Assembly (NCBI GenBank): GCA_963516105.1
Contig: CAUPZP010000003.1
Coordinates: 58,046-122,045, forward strand
Reading direction: 5' to 3'
DNA from: an uncultured Campylobacter sp.
GTDB lineage: Bacteria > Campylobacterota > Campylobacteria > Campylobacterales > Campylobacteraceae
DNA length: 64,000 nt
This document shows positions 9,229 through 17,911 of this stretch, one piece after another. Made by a program: the position numbers and the translations under genes. Position 1 is the stretch's first letter. Each line of letters starts with the position of its first letter. Below the pieces are notes generated by a model. It was not told where the DNA came from, made no database searches, and was given only the letters and a program-made list of their open reading frames with translations.

Positions 9229-9684
9229 TTAGTCGATCAGACCGGTCTGCCAGTTCGCGCCTTGCAGCGTCGTGTCAAGCTGTCTGATCTGCTTTGCTAG
9301 CTCATCCACCTGCTTTTGTAGCGCCGCGACATCGACCGTGCTTAAAATTTTAATCTCGCTGCGCGAATAAATTTCCACTTTTTGCGCGGCGACTTGCGCG
9401 AAAGCCCGCAGCGCTCCCGCTTTTAGCGTGAGTACGTCGCGTTTGGCGATCAGCTCAGTGAGGCTCTTGCCGTCCGCTTTTGCGGTGCAGTTGGTTAAAT
9501 TTATCCGAACGATTAGCCGCTCAAGCTCGCTTGTGAGCGCGTCTAGCTCGGCTAGCAGCGCCTTTGGCTCTTCGCTAGGATTCTCGCCCTCCTGCACTTT
9601 TGCGTTATCCGCGAGCCTTGATTTTAGCTGCTCGATGCGTTTTTGTATGTCGGCGCGCAGTATCAGCGCCTCGGCTAGTTTCAT
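9229..9684 (-). CDS. DIP1984-family (DUF6847-like, often mis-annotated 'septicolysin') coiled-coil protein
   Basis: Characteristic MKLAEALILRAD start, INLTN, RYSRSEIK-like 'IYSRSEIK' and Q-x-x-NW end; AAGGA RBS upstream. Confidence 0.8.
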   Translation of the reverse strand: MKLAEALILRADIQKRIEQLKSRLADNAKVQEGENPSEEPKALLAELDALTSELERLIVRINLTNCTAKADGKSLTELIAKRDVLTLKAGALRAFAQVAAQKVEIYSRSEIKILSTVDVAALQKQVDELAKQIRQLDTTLQGANWQTGLID

Positions 9685-9702
9685 TTTCGTCCTTTTTAAA
9701 AT

Positions 9703-10383
9703 TTATTTGCCGCCGCCAAGCTGTCGATCTTGTCCGTAGTGCGGTGAATACGGGCCGTAGAGCAGGCAGTCTCGGCAATCGGTGCTAAACAAAATCGCGT
9801 CCGCGCGCGCCGATAGGTCAAAGCTCGCGTCCGAGACCGAGTCTGCGATCTGTTTAACTAGCGCGGAGACTAGCATGCCGATGAGGTTGCCGCCACCGTC
9901 GCCGGAGTCGTTTGCCGCGGTGGCACTTTTTTGCCAGAGTACGGCGCCGGTGTTTAGATTGACTAGAGTCGCCGCTACGCTCACGCGCGTGACGCTGCTA
10001 ATGAGCATATACGAGGTGCCGTAGTCCGCGACGTTTAGATACAGCGCGGCATCGGCGCCAAATATCTGCTTTAGCTTGTGCGTGGAGACTTGTGCGATCT
10101 CCGCCGCGTCGTAGATGCCGTTGTTTTTAAAGGTCTCGTTTACGAGCGCGGGCGAAAATACGTAATACCCCGCCTCGCTAAGCGGATAGAGCGCGTTTGC
10201 CAGCACCGCTGCAGAGGCCTTTATCTCGGATGAGTCGCTGGTTGGCATCATGACTACGATCGAGCGAGGCTTGGTCTGTAAAAACGTCGAGTAGTCGTAA
10301 ATCTCTGGCTGCGAGCCGGCGCACGCGCCCAGAAACAGCACTGCAAACGCGCCAAGGAGCGCCGATTTTATTTTATTTTTCAT
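9703..10383 (-). CDS. DUF799 / GNA1162-family lipoprotein
   Basis: Lipobox FLGAC; KPRSIVVMMP, PLSEAGYYVF, IFGADAALY and LLYGPYSP. Confidence 0.85.
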   Translation of the reverse strand: MKNKIKSALLGAFAVLFLGACAGSQPEIYDYSTFLQTKPRSIVVMMPTSDSSEIKASAAVLANALYPLSEAGYYVFSPALVNETFKNNGIYDAAEIAQVSTHKLKQIFGADAALYLNVADYGTSYMLISSVTRVSVAATLVNLNTGAVLWQKSATAANDSGDGGGNLIGMLVSALVKQIADSVSDASFDLSARADAILFSTDCRDCLLYGPYSPHYGQDRQLGGGK

Positions 10384-10942
10384 TTTGGCTTCCTTTTGCG
10401 GTTTTGCTCGTTTTGGCAGGCTTTGATTGTTTGTTTTTTACATTTTGCTTGCTCGTTTGCTCGCCTAAATTTGAGCTTTTGTCGTTTGAATTTGACTCGC
10501 TCGCTTTTTCCTGCGACTTCGAGCCTAAATTTGCATCTTTAGTGTTTAAATTTGCCGCAGTTTTGACCGCTGCACCTGCCGTTTTGCCGTTTTGATTTAG
10601 CAAAAATATTGCGTAGTCGCGCGACTCAGGATAGAGCTCGGCCTCTTTTTCGACGTAGGCTTTAAATTTCGCCCCGTTTCCTTGCGAAAGATAGAGCAGG
10701 CCCAGATGCGCGTGCAGTCCCGGCGGGACCTTGGCGGCTCTTTGATAGGCTTTTTGCAGGCTTTCCTCGAGTGCGGCGATCTGTGCGCCCGCGTCGCCCT
10801 CTTCGGTTAGATACTCGTAGACCGAGCCCGTGTATGCGCCGTCCCAGTAGTATAGCTGCCTAGGCGAGTCGTCCGCGCAGCCAGATAGTAGCATGGCAGC
10901 GGCGGAGGCGAGCGCGAAATTTGCTAGAGTTTTAAAGCGCAA
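10373..10942 (-). CDS. DUF4810-family lipoprotein with low-complexity C-terminal tail
   Basis: Lipobox LLSGC; LYYW, VPPGLHAHLGLLY and EAELYPES. Confidence 0.85.
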   Translation of the reverse strand: MRFKTLANFALASAAAMLLSGCADDSPRQLYYWDGAYTGSVYEYLTEEGDAGAQIAALEESLQKAYQRAAKVPPGLHAHLGLLYLSQGNGAKFKAYVEKEAELYPESRDYAIFLLNQNGKTAGAAVKTAANLNTKDANLGSKSQEKASESNSNDKSSNLGEQTSKQNVKNKQSKPAKTSKTAKGSQNEK

Positions 10943-10951
10943 AATTTATCC

Positions 10952-11620
10952 TTATTTCGCGTTGAAAGCGCCGCTTTCAAGCCCGCGCGTTAGGTTGTTT
11001 ACGGCCTCGATGATGGCTAGGCTTAGCACCTTGCCGTTTAGCGTAGAATCATACCCAGCGCTTCCGCCAAAGCCCAGTACTTCGCGGTTTGAGAGCTCGT
11101 ACTCGCCAGCGCCCTGAGTGGAGTAGATCACCTCGGAGTTTTTCACGTCCACGACGTTAAGGTTTACCTTCGCGTAGGCGGTTTGGGTTTTGCCCTTGCC
11201 AAGTATCCCAAAAAGCTGATGATCGCCCGTAGTTTTGCGGCCAAACTCCGTCACGTCGCCTGTGATGACGTATCTTGCGCCCTTGATGTTTTGCGCCTCT
11301 TTGTTTAGCGCGCTTTCTTCTTTGATGGCGCGCATGTTGCTGCGGTCAAGCACCGAAAAGCGCCCGCTTTGCTGTAAATTTGAGATGAGGATGGTCTGGG
11401 CTTGGTTGCCTAGTCTATCCTCGCCGTCTGAAAATACGCCGTTTTGGTATGAGGACTGGTTACTAAAGCGGCCGATCGAGACGGCGATCTTTTGTCCTTG
11501 GTAGTTGGTATTTATGGTTTGAACTTTTGGCGTTTCGACTACGCGAGATCGCTCAGTCGCGCAGCCTGTTATTAGCATCGCGGCGCATGCGGCTAGTAAA
11601 AATTTTACATTCGTTTTCAT
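10952..11620 (-). CDS. CsgG/HfaB-family lipoprotein
   Basis: Lipobox LITGC; RFSVLDR and GDVTEFGR; first gene of the CsgG-DUF4810-DUF799 trio. Confidence 0.85.
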   Translation of the reverse strand: MKTNVKFLLAACAAMLITGCATERSRVVETPKVQTINTNYQGQKIAVSIGRFSNQSSYQNGVFSDGEDRLGNQAQTILISNLQQSGRFSVLDRSNMRAIKEESALNKEAQNIKGARYVITGDVTEFGRKTTGDHQLFGILGKGKTQTAYAKVNLNVVDVKNSEVIYSTQGAGEYELSNREVLGFGGSAGYDSTLNGKVLSLAIIEAVNNLTRGLESGAFNAK

Positions 11621-11727
11621 ATCGCTCCTTTAAATTTTGATTTGCGTTATTATCTTACTATTTTTAGCTTAAAAATTTTTAACCTGCCTAAAAATTTGAG
11701 TCGCGGCATCGGCCGGGTAAAATTTGA

Positions 11728-12891
11728 CTATAAAATTTCCGCCTCTTTGCTTGCATTTACCGAGCTTAGAGCGATGCGGTCGCCCGGTTTTAGCTCGCTT
11801 ATATTTACGGTTTTGCCCTCTTTTTGCACTCGGACGAAATTTGAAATCTGCGCGAAAAAGGACTCTTGCTGCGCGTATGCGGCGTGGGCGAGTTTGAGCG
11901 CGTTTTCAAATTTGAGCAGTTTGGTTTGCACGGCGGTGTCTAAAACCTGCCTTAAATTTAGTAAAATTTGCTCCTTGCGAGCGATTTTTTGCGTGAGGCT
12001 CGCCTGCGAAAATCTCGCTCTCATCATCGCTAGAGCGTTAAATTTACGCCCCCAAACGCGCATAAAGGCCGCGTCTGCCGCCTCGCTTAGCCTATCTATG
12101 CTTTGCATTAGCTCGCCCGTATCGGGCAGTAGCGCAGCCATCGCCGCACTTGGAGTCGGAGCGCGAAAGTCCGCTGCAAAGTCGCTGATGACGTAGTCAA
12201 TCTCGTGTCCGACGGCTGAGATCACGGGCGTGCGCGCCGCGTAGATCTCGCGGGCTAGATTTTCGTCGTTAAAGCACCACAGATCTTCTCTGCTGCCGCC
12301 TCCTCGCGCCAATACGATCGCGTCGGCTCCGCTTGCGTCGGCTCTTTTTAGCGCGCGTATGAGCGAGGCGGGCGCGGTTTCGCCCTGCGTTAGCGAATCA
12401 AAAACTATGATTTCAGTCAGCGTCCAGCGCTGCGAAGCGATACGTAGCATGTCTTGCAACGCGGCTGAGGTTTTTGAGGTAATAAGCGCGATTTTGCGCG
12501 GAAATTTGGGTAGCGGTTTTTTGCGCGAGACGTCAAAAAGCCCTTCGCTCTCAAGCCGAGATTTTAGCTGTTTAAAGGCAAGCTCGAGCTCGCCCTCGCC
12601 GCTTGGGCGTATTAGGGTCGCGATAAACTGATAGCTGCCGCTTGGCGAGTAGAGCGAAATTTTGCCGTAGAGAGCGACTTTCATACCGTCTGCGACGTCA
12701 AATTTGAGCTTGGCGGCGTTAAATTTATAAATGACCGCCGAGATCGCGGCCTTTTCGTCTTTTAGCGTGAAGTACCAGTGGCCAGAGCCGTGTTTAACGA
12801 GCCGCGAGATCTCGCCCTCTACCTCGACGTAGGAAAACGTCGTCTCAAGCAGCGTTTTAGCCTGCTCGTTTAGCTCGCTGACGCTTAGCAC
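11728..12891 (-). CDS. xseA: exodeoxyribonuclease VII large subunit
   Basis: SGHWYFTLKD, RGGGSREDLWCFN, SAVGHEID and RAPTPSAA. Confidence 0.97.
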   Translation of the reverse strand: MLSVSELNEQAKTLLETTFSYVEVEGEISRLVKHGSGHWYFTLKDEKAAISAVIYKFNAAKLKFDVADGMKVALYGKISLYSPSGSYQFIATLIRPSGEGELELAFKQLKSRLESEGLFDVSRKKPLPKFPRKIALITSKTSAALQDMLRIASQRWTLTEIIVFDSLTQGETAPASLIRALKRADASGADAIVLARGGGSREDLWCFNDENLAREIYAARTPVISAVGHEIDYVISDFAADFRAPTPSAAMAALLPDTGELMQSIDRLSEAADAAFMRVWGRKFNALAMMRARFSQASLTQKIARKEQILLNLRQVLDTAVQTKLLKFENALKLAHAAYAQQESFFAQISNFVRVQKEGKTVNISELKPGDRIALSSVNASKEAEIL

Positions 12892-13601
12892 TCACGGGCC
12901 TTTTGCGCGATAAAAAGGGTAGAAATATCCATCGAAAAGCTCTTGCAAAGGCGCATTTCAAAGCCCGCGCTAGCGAGTTCGTCCGCAAAGCTTTTTGCGT
13001 CTAAAAAGCCCTCGATCGAGCTTGGCAGGTACTCGTAGGCTTCCTGATTTTTGGAGATAAAGCCGCCGATTTTAGGCAAAATTTTACCTAGATAAAAGTC
13101 GCGAGCGCCAGTTAAAATCCCGCTTTTTTTACGTTTGGTAAACTCAAGCACCACGACATACCCGCCCATTTTTAGCACTCTGTTAAACTCTCTTAGAGCG
13201 GCTTCTCGCTCGACCACGTTTCTGATGCCGTAGCTGATGCTTAGCACGTCCATCGAGCCGCTATCAAGCGTCGTTTGCGTGGCTAGCGCCTCGATAAATT
13301 TAAACTCGGGAAATTTTTGCTTGGCGACTGCGAGCATGCCGCTTGAGGGATCGACGCCGATTAGATTTTCGATTTTTACGTTAAATTCGCCCGCCGTCTT
13401 TTGCCAAAAGCCCATCATATCGCCCGTGCCGCATGCGATGTCCGCGATATTTACGCTTGAGTCTTTGAAATTTGACAAAACCGTTTTGCACGCGATCTTG
13501 CGCCAGCTCACGTCTGCGCCCATGCTTAGCACGCGGTTTGCCAGATCGTAGGTGGGCGCAATGTCGTTAAACATCTGAACTATTTTTTCTTGTTTTTCCA
13601 T
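12885..13601 (-). CDS. ubiE: demethylmenaquinone methyltransferase UbiE/MenG
   Basis: MFNDIAPTYDLANRVLSMG, DIACGTGD, YGIRNV and AYEYLPSSI. Confidence 0.93.
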   Translation of the reverse strand: MEKQEKIVQMFNDIAPTYDLANRVLSMGADVSWRKIACKTVLSNFKDSSVNIADIACGTGDMMGFWQKTAGEFNVKIENLIGVDPSSGMLAVAKQKFPEFKFIEALATQTTLDSGSMDVLSISYGIRNVVEREAALREFNRVLKMGGYVVVLEFTKRKKSGILTGARDFYLGKILPKIGGFISKNQEAYEYLPSSIEGFLDAKSFADELASAGFEMRLCKSFSMDISTLFIAQKAREC

Positions 13602-13610
13602 TTTTTCTCT

Positions 13611-15029
13611 TTAGATATAGTAGATTTTTAAGCTACGCGAAAGCTTTGTAAGGCTTTTTAAAATTTTAGGTTTTGAGCCCAAAATTTCGCTTCGCAGCTC
13701 GTAGATTTTTTTGTAAATTTTAGCTTGGAGTTTGTCTATTCGCTTTTGTTCGGCACCGCTTTTTACGTGCTCTAGCAGGCCTAGCCAGATGTCGGCGTCT
13801 TGCAGCGAGCCAAAGGTTTCTTGTAAAATTTTGCTCTTTTTAAAGCACTTTTTAGCTGCAGCAAAACCAAAACCGCCGCCAAAAATCTCGCTTAGATACC
13901 TTAGCCTTTTTATCTCGATGCGGCACTTGTGAAACTGCGCATTTTCGGTGGTTTCGCTCAAATTTGAGAGAGATTTTTTGAGGCGTAAAATTTGAGCTCG
14001 CATAGATTTTGCGGCAAGTTTTTTTATCGGCGCGTCTCCGAGTTCGCCTTTAAAAAAGTCGCTTCCCTCGCGTAAAAACACCTCCCAGTCGCGCAAAATT
14101 TCGTTCGCTTCATCGCTTTGTAGCTCGGCCTGGACGCTTTGGGCTAGGGTTTTGCTTAAAATTTCTAGCTCGCTAGCTAGCGACTCAAAGCCTTTTTGGC
14201 TTTGCAAAAACTCGCAAAATACGTCTATATCGCGTTTTTGGTTAGTTAGCTCGGCTAGTTTTTTAAAATTTAGCAGAAAATAGCAAGCCGTTTTCCGGTC
14301 GAAAACTGGAGTGAAAATTTTAAGCAGCGAGCGCGTTTTGCGTAGATTTACGCGGATCTGATGCAGCGCCTCGGCATCGCCAGAGCTTGCGTACTCGTTT
14401 AGGTGTTTGTTTAGCGCCGTAAAAATCTGAAAAAACACCATCCGCATCGCGTCCATCGCGCCGATGTAGCTTGGTAAATTTAGCTCCAGCCCCGGGCTAT
14501 TTTGTAAAATTTCAATGCTCTTTTGTGCGTCAAATTTGCCCTGCGGCAAGCCAAAAAGTGCTAAATTTTTATTTTTATAGCGCTCATCCTCCGTGACCTC
14601 GCTAACTATGTGCGCGGCGATAAACTCAGGCAGGTTAAACTCCGCGGCTTCGCGCTCGCTTACAAACTCGGCCTCAAAAGTAACAAGCCCCTCTAAAGCG
14701 CCGTGAAAAATATCGACGTTGCAGGCGGCGCCGTCAAGCCTAAATAAAAATCTCGTCTTTTTTATTGGAGCGGCGACCGCGTTTTTTAGGGCTTTTTTAA
14801 AGCTTTTGGCGTCTGTTTCGCTCTCATTTTCCTCACGCGCTAGACCGATGCCGGATTTTTGCGTGATCGTAAAAACGCCCGAAGCCTCGCGAAATCTAAT
14901 CTCCTCAAGCGGAGTGATTTTGACGTAAATTTGCGTCACCTCTTTTTGCTCGGTGCCGATGTCGCGGGCCTTTAGCTCGCTTATGACGGCGGCGTCACGC
15001 AGGATAAATTTACGCTCGATCTCTATCAA
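13611..15029 (-). CDS. CYTH + CHAD domain protein
   Basis: N-terminal EIERKF (ExExK) CYTH motif; C-terminal LHQIRVNLRK, HKCRIEIKRLRY and LQETFGSLQD CHAD motifs. Confidence 0.85.
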   Translation of the reverse strand: MIEIERKFILRDAAVISELKARDIGTEQKEVTQIYVKITPLEEIRFREASGVFTITQKSGIGLAREENESETDAKSFKKALKNAVAAPIKKTRFLFRLDGAACNVDIFHGALEGLVTFEAEFVSEREAAEFNLPEFIAAHIVSEVTEDERYKNKNLALFGLPQGKFDAQKSIEILQNSPGLELNLPSYIGAMDAMRMVFFQIFTALNKHLNEYASSGDAEALHQIRVNLRKTRSLLKIFTPVFDRKTACYFLLNFKKLAELTNQKRDIDVFCEFLQSQKGFESLASELEILSKTLAQSVQAELQSDEANEILRDWEVFLREGSDFFKGELGDAPIKKLAAKSMRAQILRLKKSLSNLSETTENAQFHKCRIEIKRLRYLSEIFGGGFGFAAAKKCFKKSKILQETFGSLQDADIWLGLLEHVKSGAEQKRIDKLQAKIYKKIYELRSEILGSKPKILKSLTKLSRSLKIYYI

Positions 15030-15172
15030 ATTTCGCTCCTTAATATGAAAAATTGTATCAAAAGGTAGCTTAAAGTGTAAAATTTGCGAGCTTTTGTCGC
15101 CGCCCTTGCGACGCGAAATGATTTTTTAACGCAAATAACGCTAAAATCAGCTCAAATTTGAAAGGAGTTTGG

Positions 15173-16249
15173 ATGAATAGAAAGCTAAATTTTAGCGCGG
15201 GACCTTCGGCTCTGCCTCTTAGCGTGCTCGAGCGCGCGCAAAACGAGCTCACGGACTATCAGGGCAAGGGCTTTTCGATAATGGAAATCAGCCACCGAAG
15301 TAAAATTTACGAAGAGGTGCACTACGGCGCGATGGCGAAGGCACGCGAGCTATACGGCATCGGCGAGGAATTTGACGTGCTATTTTTGCAAGGCGGCGCG
15401 CATTTGCAGTTTGCGATGATACCGCTAAATTTAGCCGCCAAAGGCGTCGCACAGTACGCAGATACGGGCGTCTGGACGAGCAAGGCGATCAAAGAGGCCG
15501 CAAACGTCGGCGTATCCTACGAAGTGGTCGCCAGCAGCAAGGAAACCTCCTACGACCGCATCCCTGAGGTTAAATTTAGTGATGACGCCGCGTACGGCTA
15601 CCTCTGCACGAACAACACCATCTACGGCACGCAGTACCGCGAGCTACCTCGCTCCAAAGCTCCGCTAGTCGTCGATGCATCGAGCGATTTTTTCTCGCGG
15701 CCGGTTGATTTCAAGGACGTGGGGTTGCTCTACGGCGGCGCGCAAAAAAATGCCGGCCCAAGCGGCGTAACCGTCGTCATCATCCGCAAGGACATGCTCG
15801 AGCGAGCCTGCATGGATCGCACTCCGACGATGCTTCGCTATGATACGCACGCCAGCGCCGCGTCGCTATATAACACGCCGCCGACGTTTGGCATATATCT
15901 ACTAAATTTGACGCTGGGCTGGGTGCAAGAGCAGGGCGGTCTAGCGGGCGTAAACCGGATCAACGAGCAAAAGGCGGCGCTGCTTTACGGCGCGATCGAC
16001 GGTTCTGGCGGCTTTTACAAAGGTCACGCGCAAAAAGATAGCCGCTCGCTGATGAACGTTAGCTTTACTATCGCAAACCGCGAGCTGGAGGCGGCCTTTA
16101 TCTCCGAGTCCGAAAGTGCGGGCATGTTGGGCCTAAAAGGACACCGTCACGTAGGCGGTATCAGAGCATCCATCTACAATGCCGTGAGTATCGAAAACGT
16201 GCGGACTTTGGCTGAGTTTATGAAAGAATTTGCTAGGAAAAACGGGTAA
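15173..16249 (+). CDS. serC: phosphoserine aminotransferase
   Basis: [22 protein letters not shown] and [14 protein letters not shown] at 15173 after AAGGAG. Confidence 0.97.
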   Translation: MNRKLNFSAGPSALPLSVLERAQNELTDYQGKGFSIMEISHRSKIYEEVHYGAMAKARELYGIGEEFDVLFLQGGAHLQFAMIPLNLAAKGVAQYADTGVWTSKAIKEAANVGVSYEVVASSKETSYDRIPEVKFSDDAAYGYLCTNNTIYGTQYRELPRSKAPLVVDASSDFFSRPVDFKDVGLLYGGAQKNAGPSGVTVVIIRKDMLERACMDRTPTMLRYDTHASAASLYNTPPTFGIYLLNLTLGWVQEQGGLAGVNRINEQKAALLYGAIDGSGGFYKGHAQKDSRSLMNVSFTIANRELEAAFISESESAGMLGLKGHRHVGGIRASIYNAVSIENVRTLAEFMKEFARKNG

Positions 16250-16678
16250 GTTAGGGTAAATTTGACGGGGCGCGCGAATTTGGATTTGTTTCGGGTAAAT
16301 TTAAACTCGGGGTTTTAAATTCGGGGCGCGTCAAATTTGGCTTTTTGCTCAAATTTAAGCGGCTTTGGCTTGACGGCGGTCGCTTAAATTTGCTTTGGTT
16401 TTACGGCGAGCTGATTTTTAAATTTACCGAGCTAAATTTGGCTTGTGCTCGTCGTTAGGTTTAGAGCGATGCTCAAACGATATGCAGACACCAAAAGACG
16501 ACTGGAAGCGTAAGATGAGGCGATTTTTTAGTTTGGAGTAAATTAGGCTTGAGTTTTTTGTCAAATTTGCATATAAATTTGCTTTTAGTTGTCGCGCGAC
16601 TTTTGCCTCTTAAATTTTCTTTTATCAAATTTTGCCGCTCAAATTAGCCCCTAGCAAACGCAAATTTTACAAATAAAA

Positions 16679-17911
16679 TCATCTTTTTATCTCCAAATTT
16701 ATTTTGCCGTTTGCCTCTGAAAATTTATATTCCAGCCCATCCGAGCGATAGGTTATGCTTTTATTTTCGCAAATTTGCTTCTCGCGAGAGGTTATCTTTT
16801 CTAGCATCGGCGGTAGCTCCTTGGCGATCAAAAGCTTGATAGACATCTCCAGGCCGTGCGTTAGCTTTTTGAGAAACCTGCCGTCAAGCTCGCTCTCGTC
16901 TTTTATCATATGCAAGGTCGCGTCAAAACCGAGTTTTTGCAGTTCCTCGTAGAGCTGTGCTTTTTCCTCGGGCGGCGCGCAGTGGTCGTTTACGGCGCAG
17001 TGGTAGCCGACATAGATAGGCTTTGGATACTCGCTTTGGACTTTCAGATGTGCGGCGTCTAGGGCGTTTCGTATATCTTCGCGCGCCTGTGAGAAATATC
17101 GAGGCGAGGATTTATCCAGTAGCGTCCACATCGTTTTGGTAAAGACGTAAATTTTGATATTTTTAAAATATATATCGGTCGAGTATTCGCGAAATTTGAG
17201 ATAATCTACCTCTTTGCCTAGGCCTATGAGCTCCCAGTTTAGCTTCGCGTAGCTACTGTTGTCGATGAGGCCGTTCACGAGCCACGGCGCAAATTTGGCC
17301 GCTAAGGCGTTTATGTATGCGCCGTGCGAACTGCCGACTAGGACAACTGGCAGCTCGTTTATATCGGCCGCGGATTTAAACGGCGGATCTGCCTTGATAA
17401 AAAGCGCTGCATTTATCACGTCTTGAGCCTGCATAACGCCGAAATTTTGATATTCGTTTTTGGTCGGTTGCAACGTGACGGATATTTCTAATTTAAAATC
17501 GCTCGGCAAACCGCCGCTTGATTTTATATTACCCAAGTAGTCATCTAGCACCGAAAGTTCGCCGTAGCTGATATCGTTTGGGATTTCTATACCGATTTTC
17601 GAGCATTTGTTTTTAAGGATGATTTTGTCTAAATCGTTTAAAAAATACTTCGCCCCCGTCTGCGGTCTGCTGCCGATACAGTGGTAGTTTGGACTCGCTA
17701 CCGCTACCTCAAATTCGCTCGCGACAAACTGCGCTAAGTGCTCTCTATAGTTTTCATTCGCATCTCCGCCAAGCCCAGGCACTATGAAAACTAGGGCTCT
17801 AGCTGGCTTTTCGTCGTCGTAGCAGAGCTTAAGCTCAAGTAGCGAATCTCGCTTTATGCCAAGCTCTACATCGTCGCAGGATGGGATCTCGTATGTTTTA
17901 TTTATTATCAT
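16679..17911 (-). CDS. DUF2920-family alpha/beta-hydrolase-like protein
   Basis: SCDDVELGIKR, EYQNFGVMQAQD, GSSHG nucleophile motif and THG. Confidence 0.85.
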   Translation of the reverse strand: MIINKTYEIPSCDDVELGIKRDSLLELKLCYDDEKPARALVFIVPGLGGDANENYREHLAQFVASEFEVAVASPNYHCIGSRPQTGAKYFLNDLDKIILKNKCSKIGIEIPNDISYGELSVLDDYLGNIKSSGGLPSDFKLEISVTLQPTKNEYQNFGVMQAQDVINAALFIKADPPFKSAADINELPVVLVGSSHGAYINALAAKFAPWLVNGLIDNSSYAKLNWELIGLGKEVDYLKFREYSTDIYFKNIKIYVFTKTMWTLLDKSSPRYFSQAREDIRNALDAAHLKVQSEYPKPIYVGYHCAVNDHCAPPEEKAQLYEELQKLGFDATLHMIKDESELDGRFLKKLTHGLEMSIKLLIAKELPPMLEKITSREKQICENKSITYRSDGLEYKFSEANGKINLEIKR

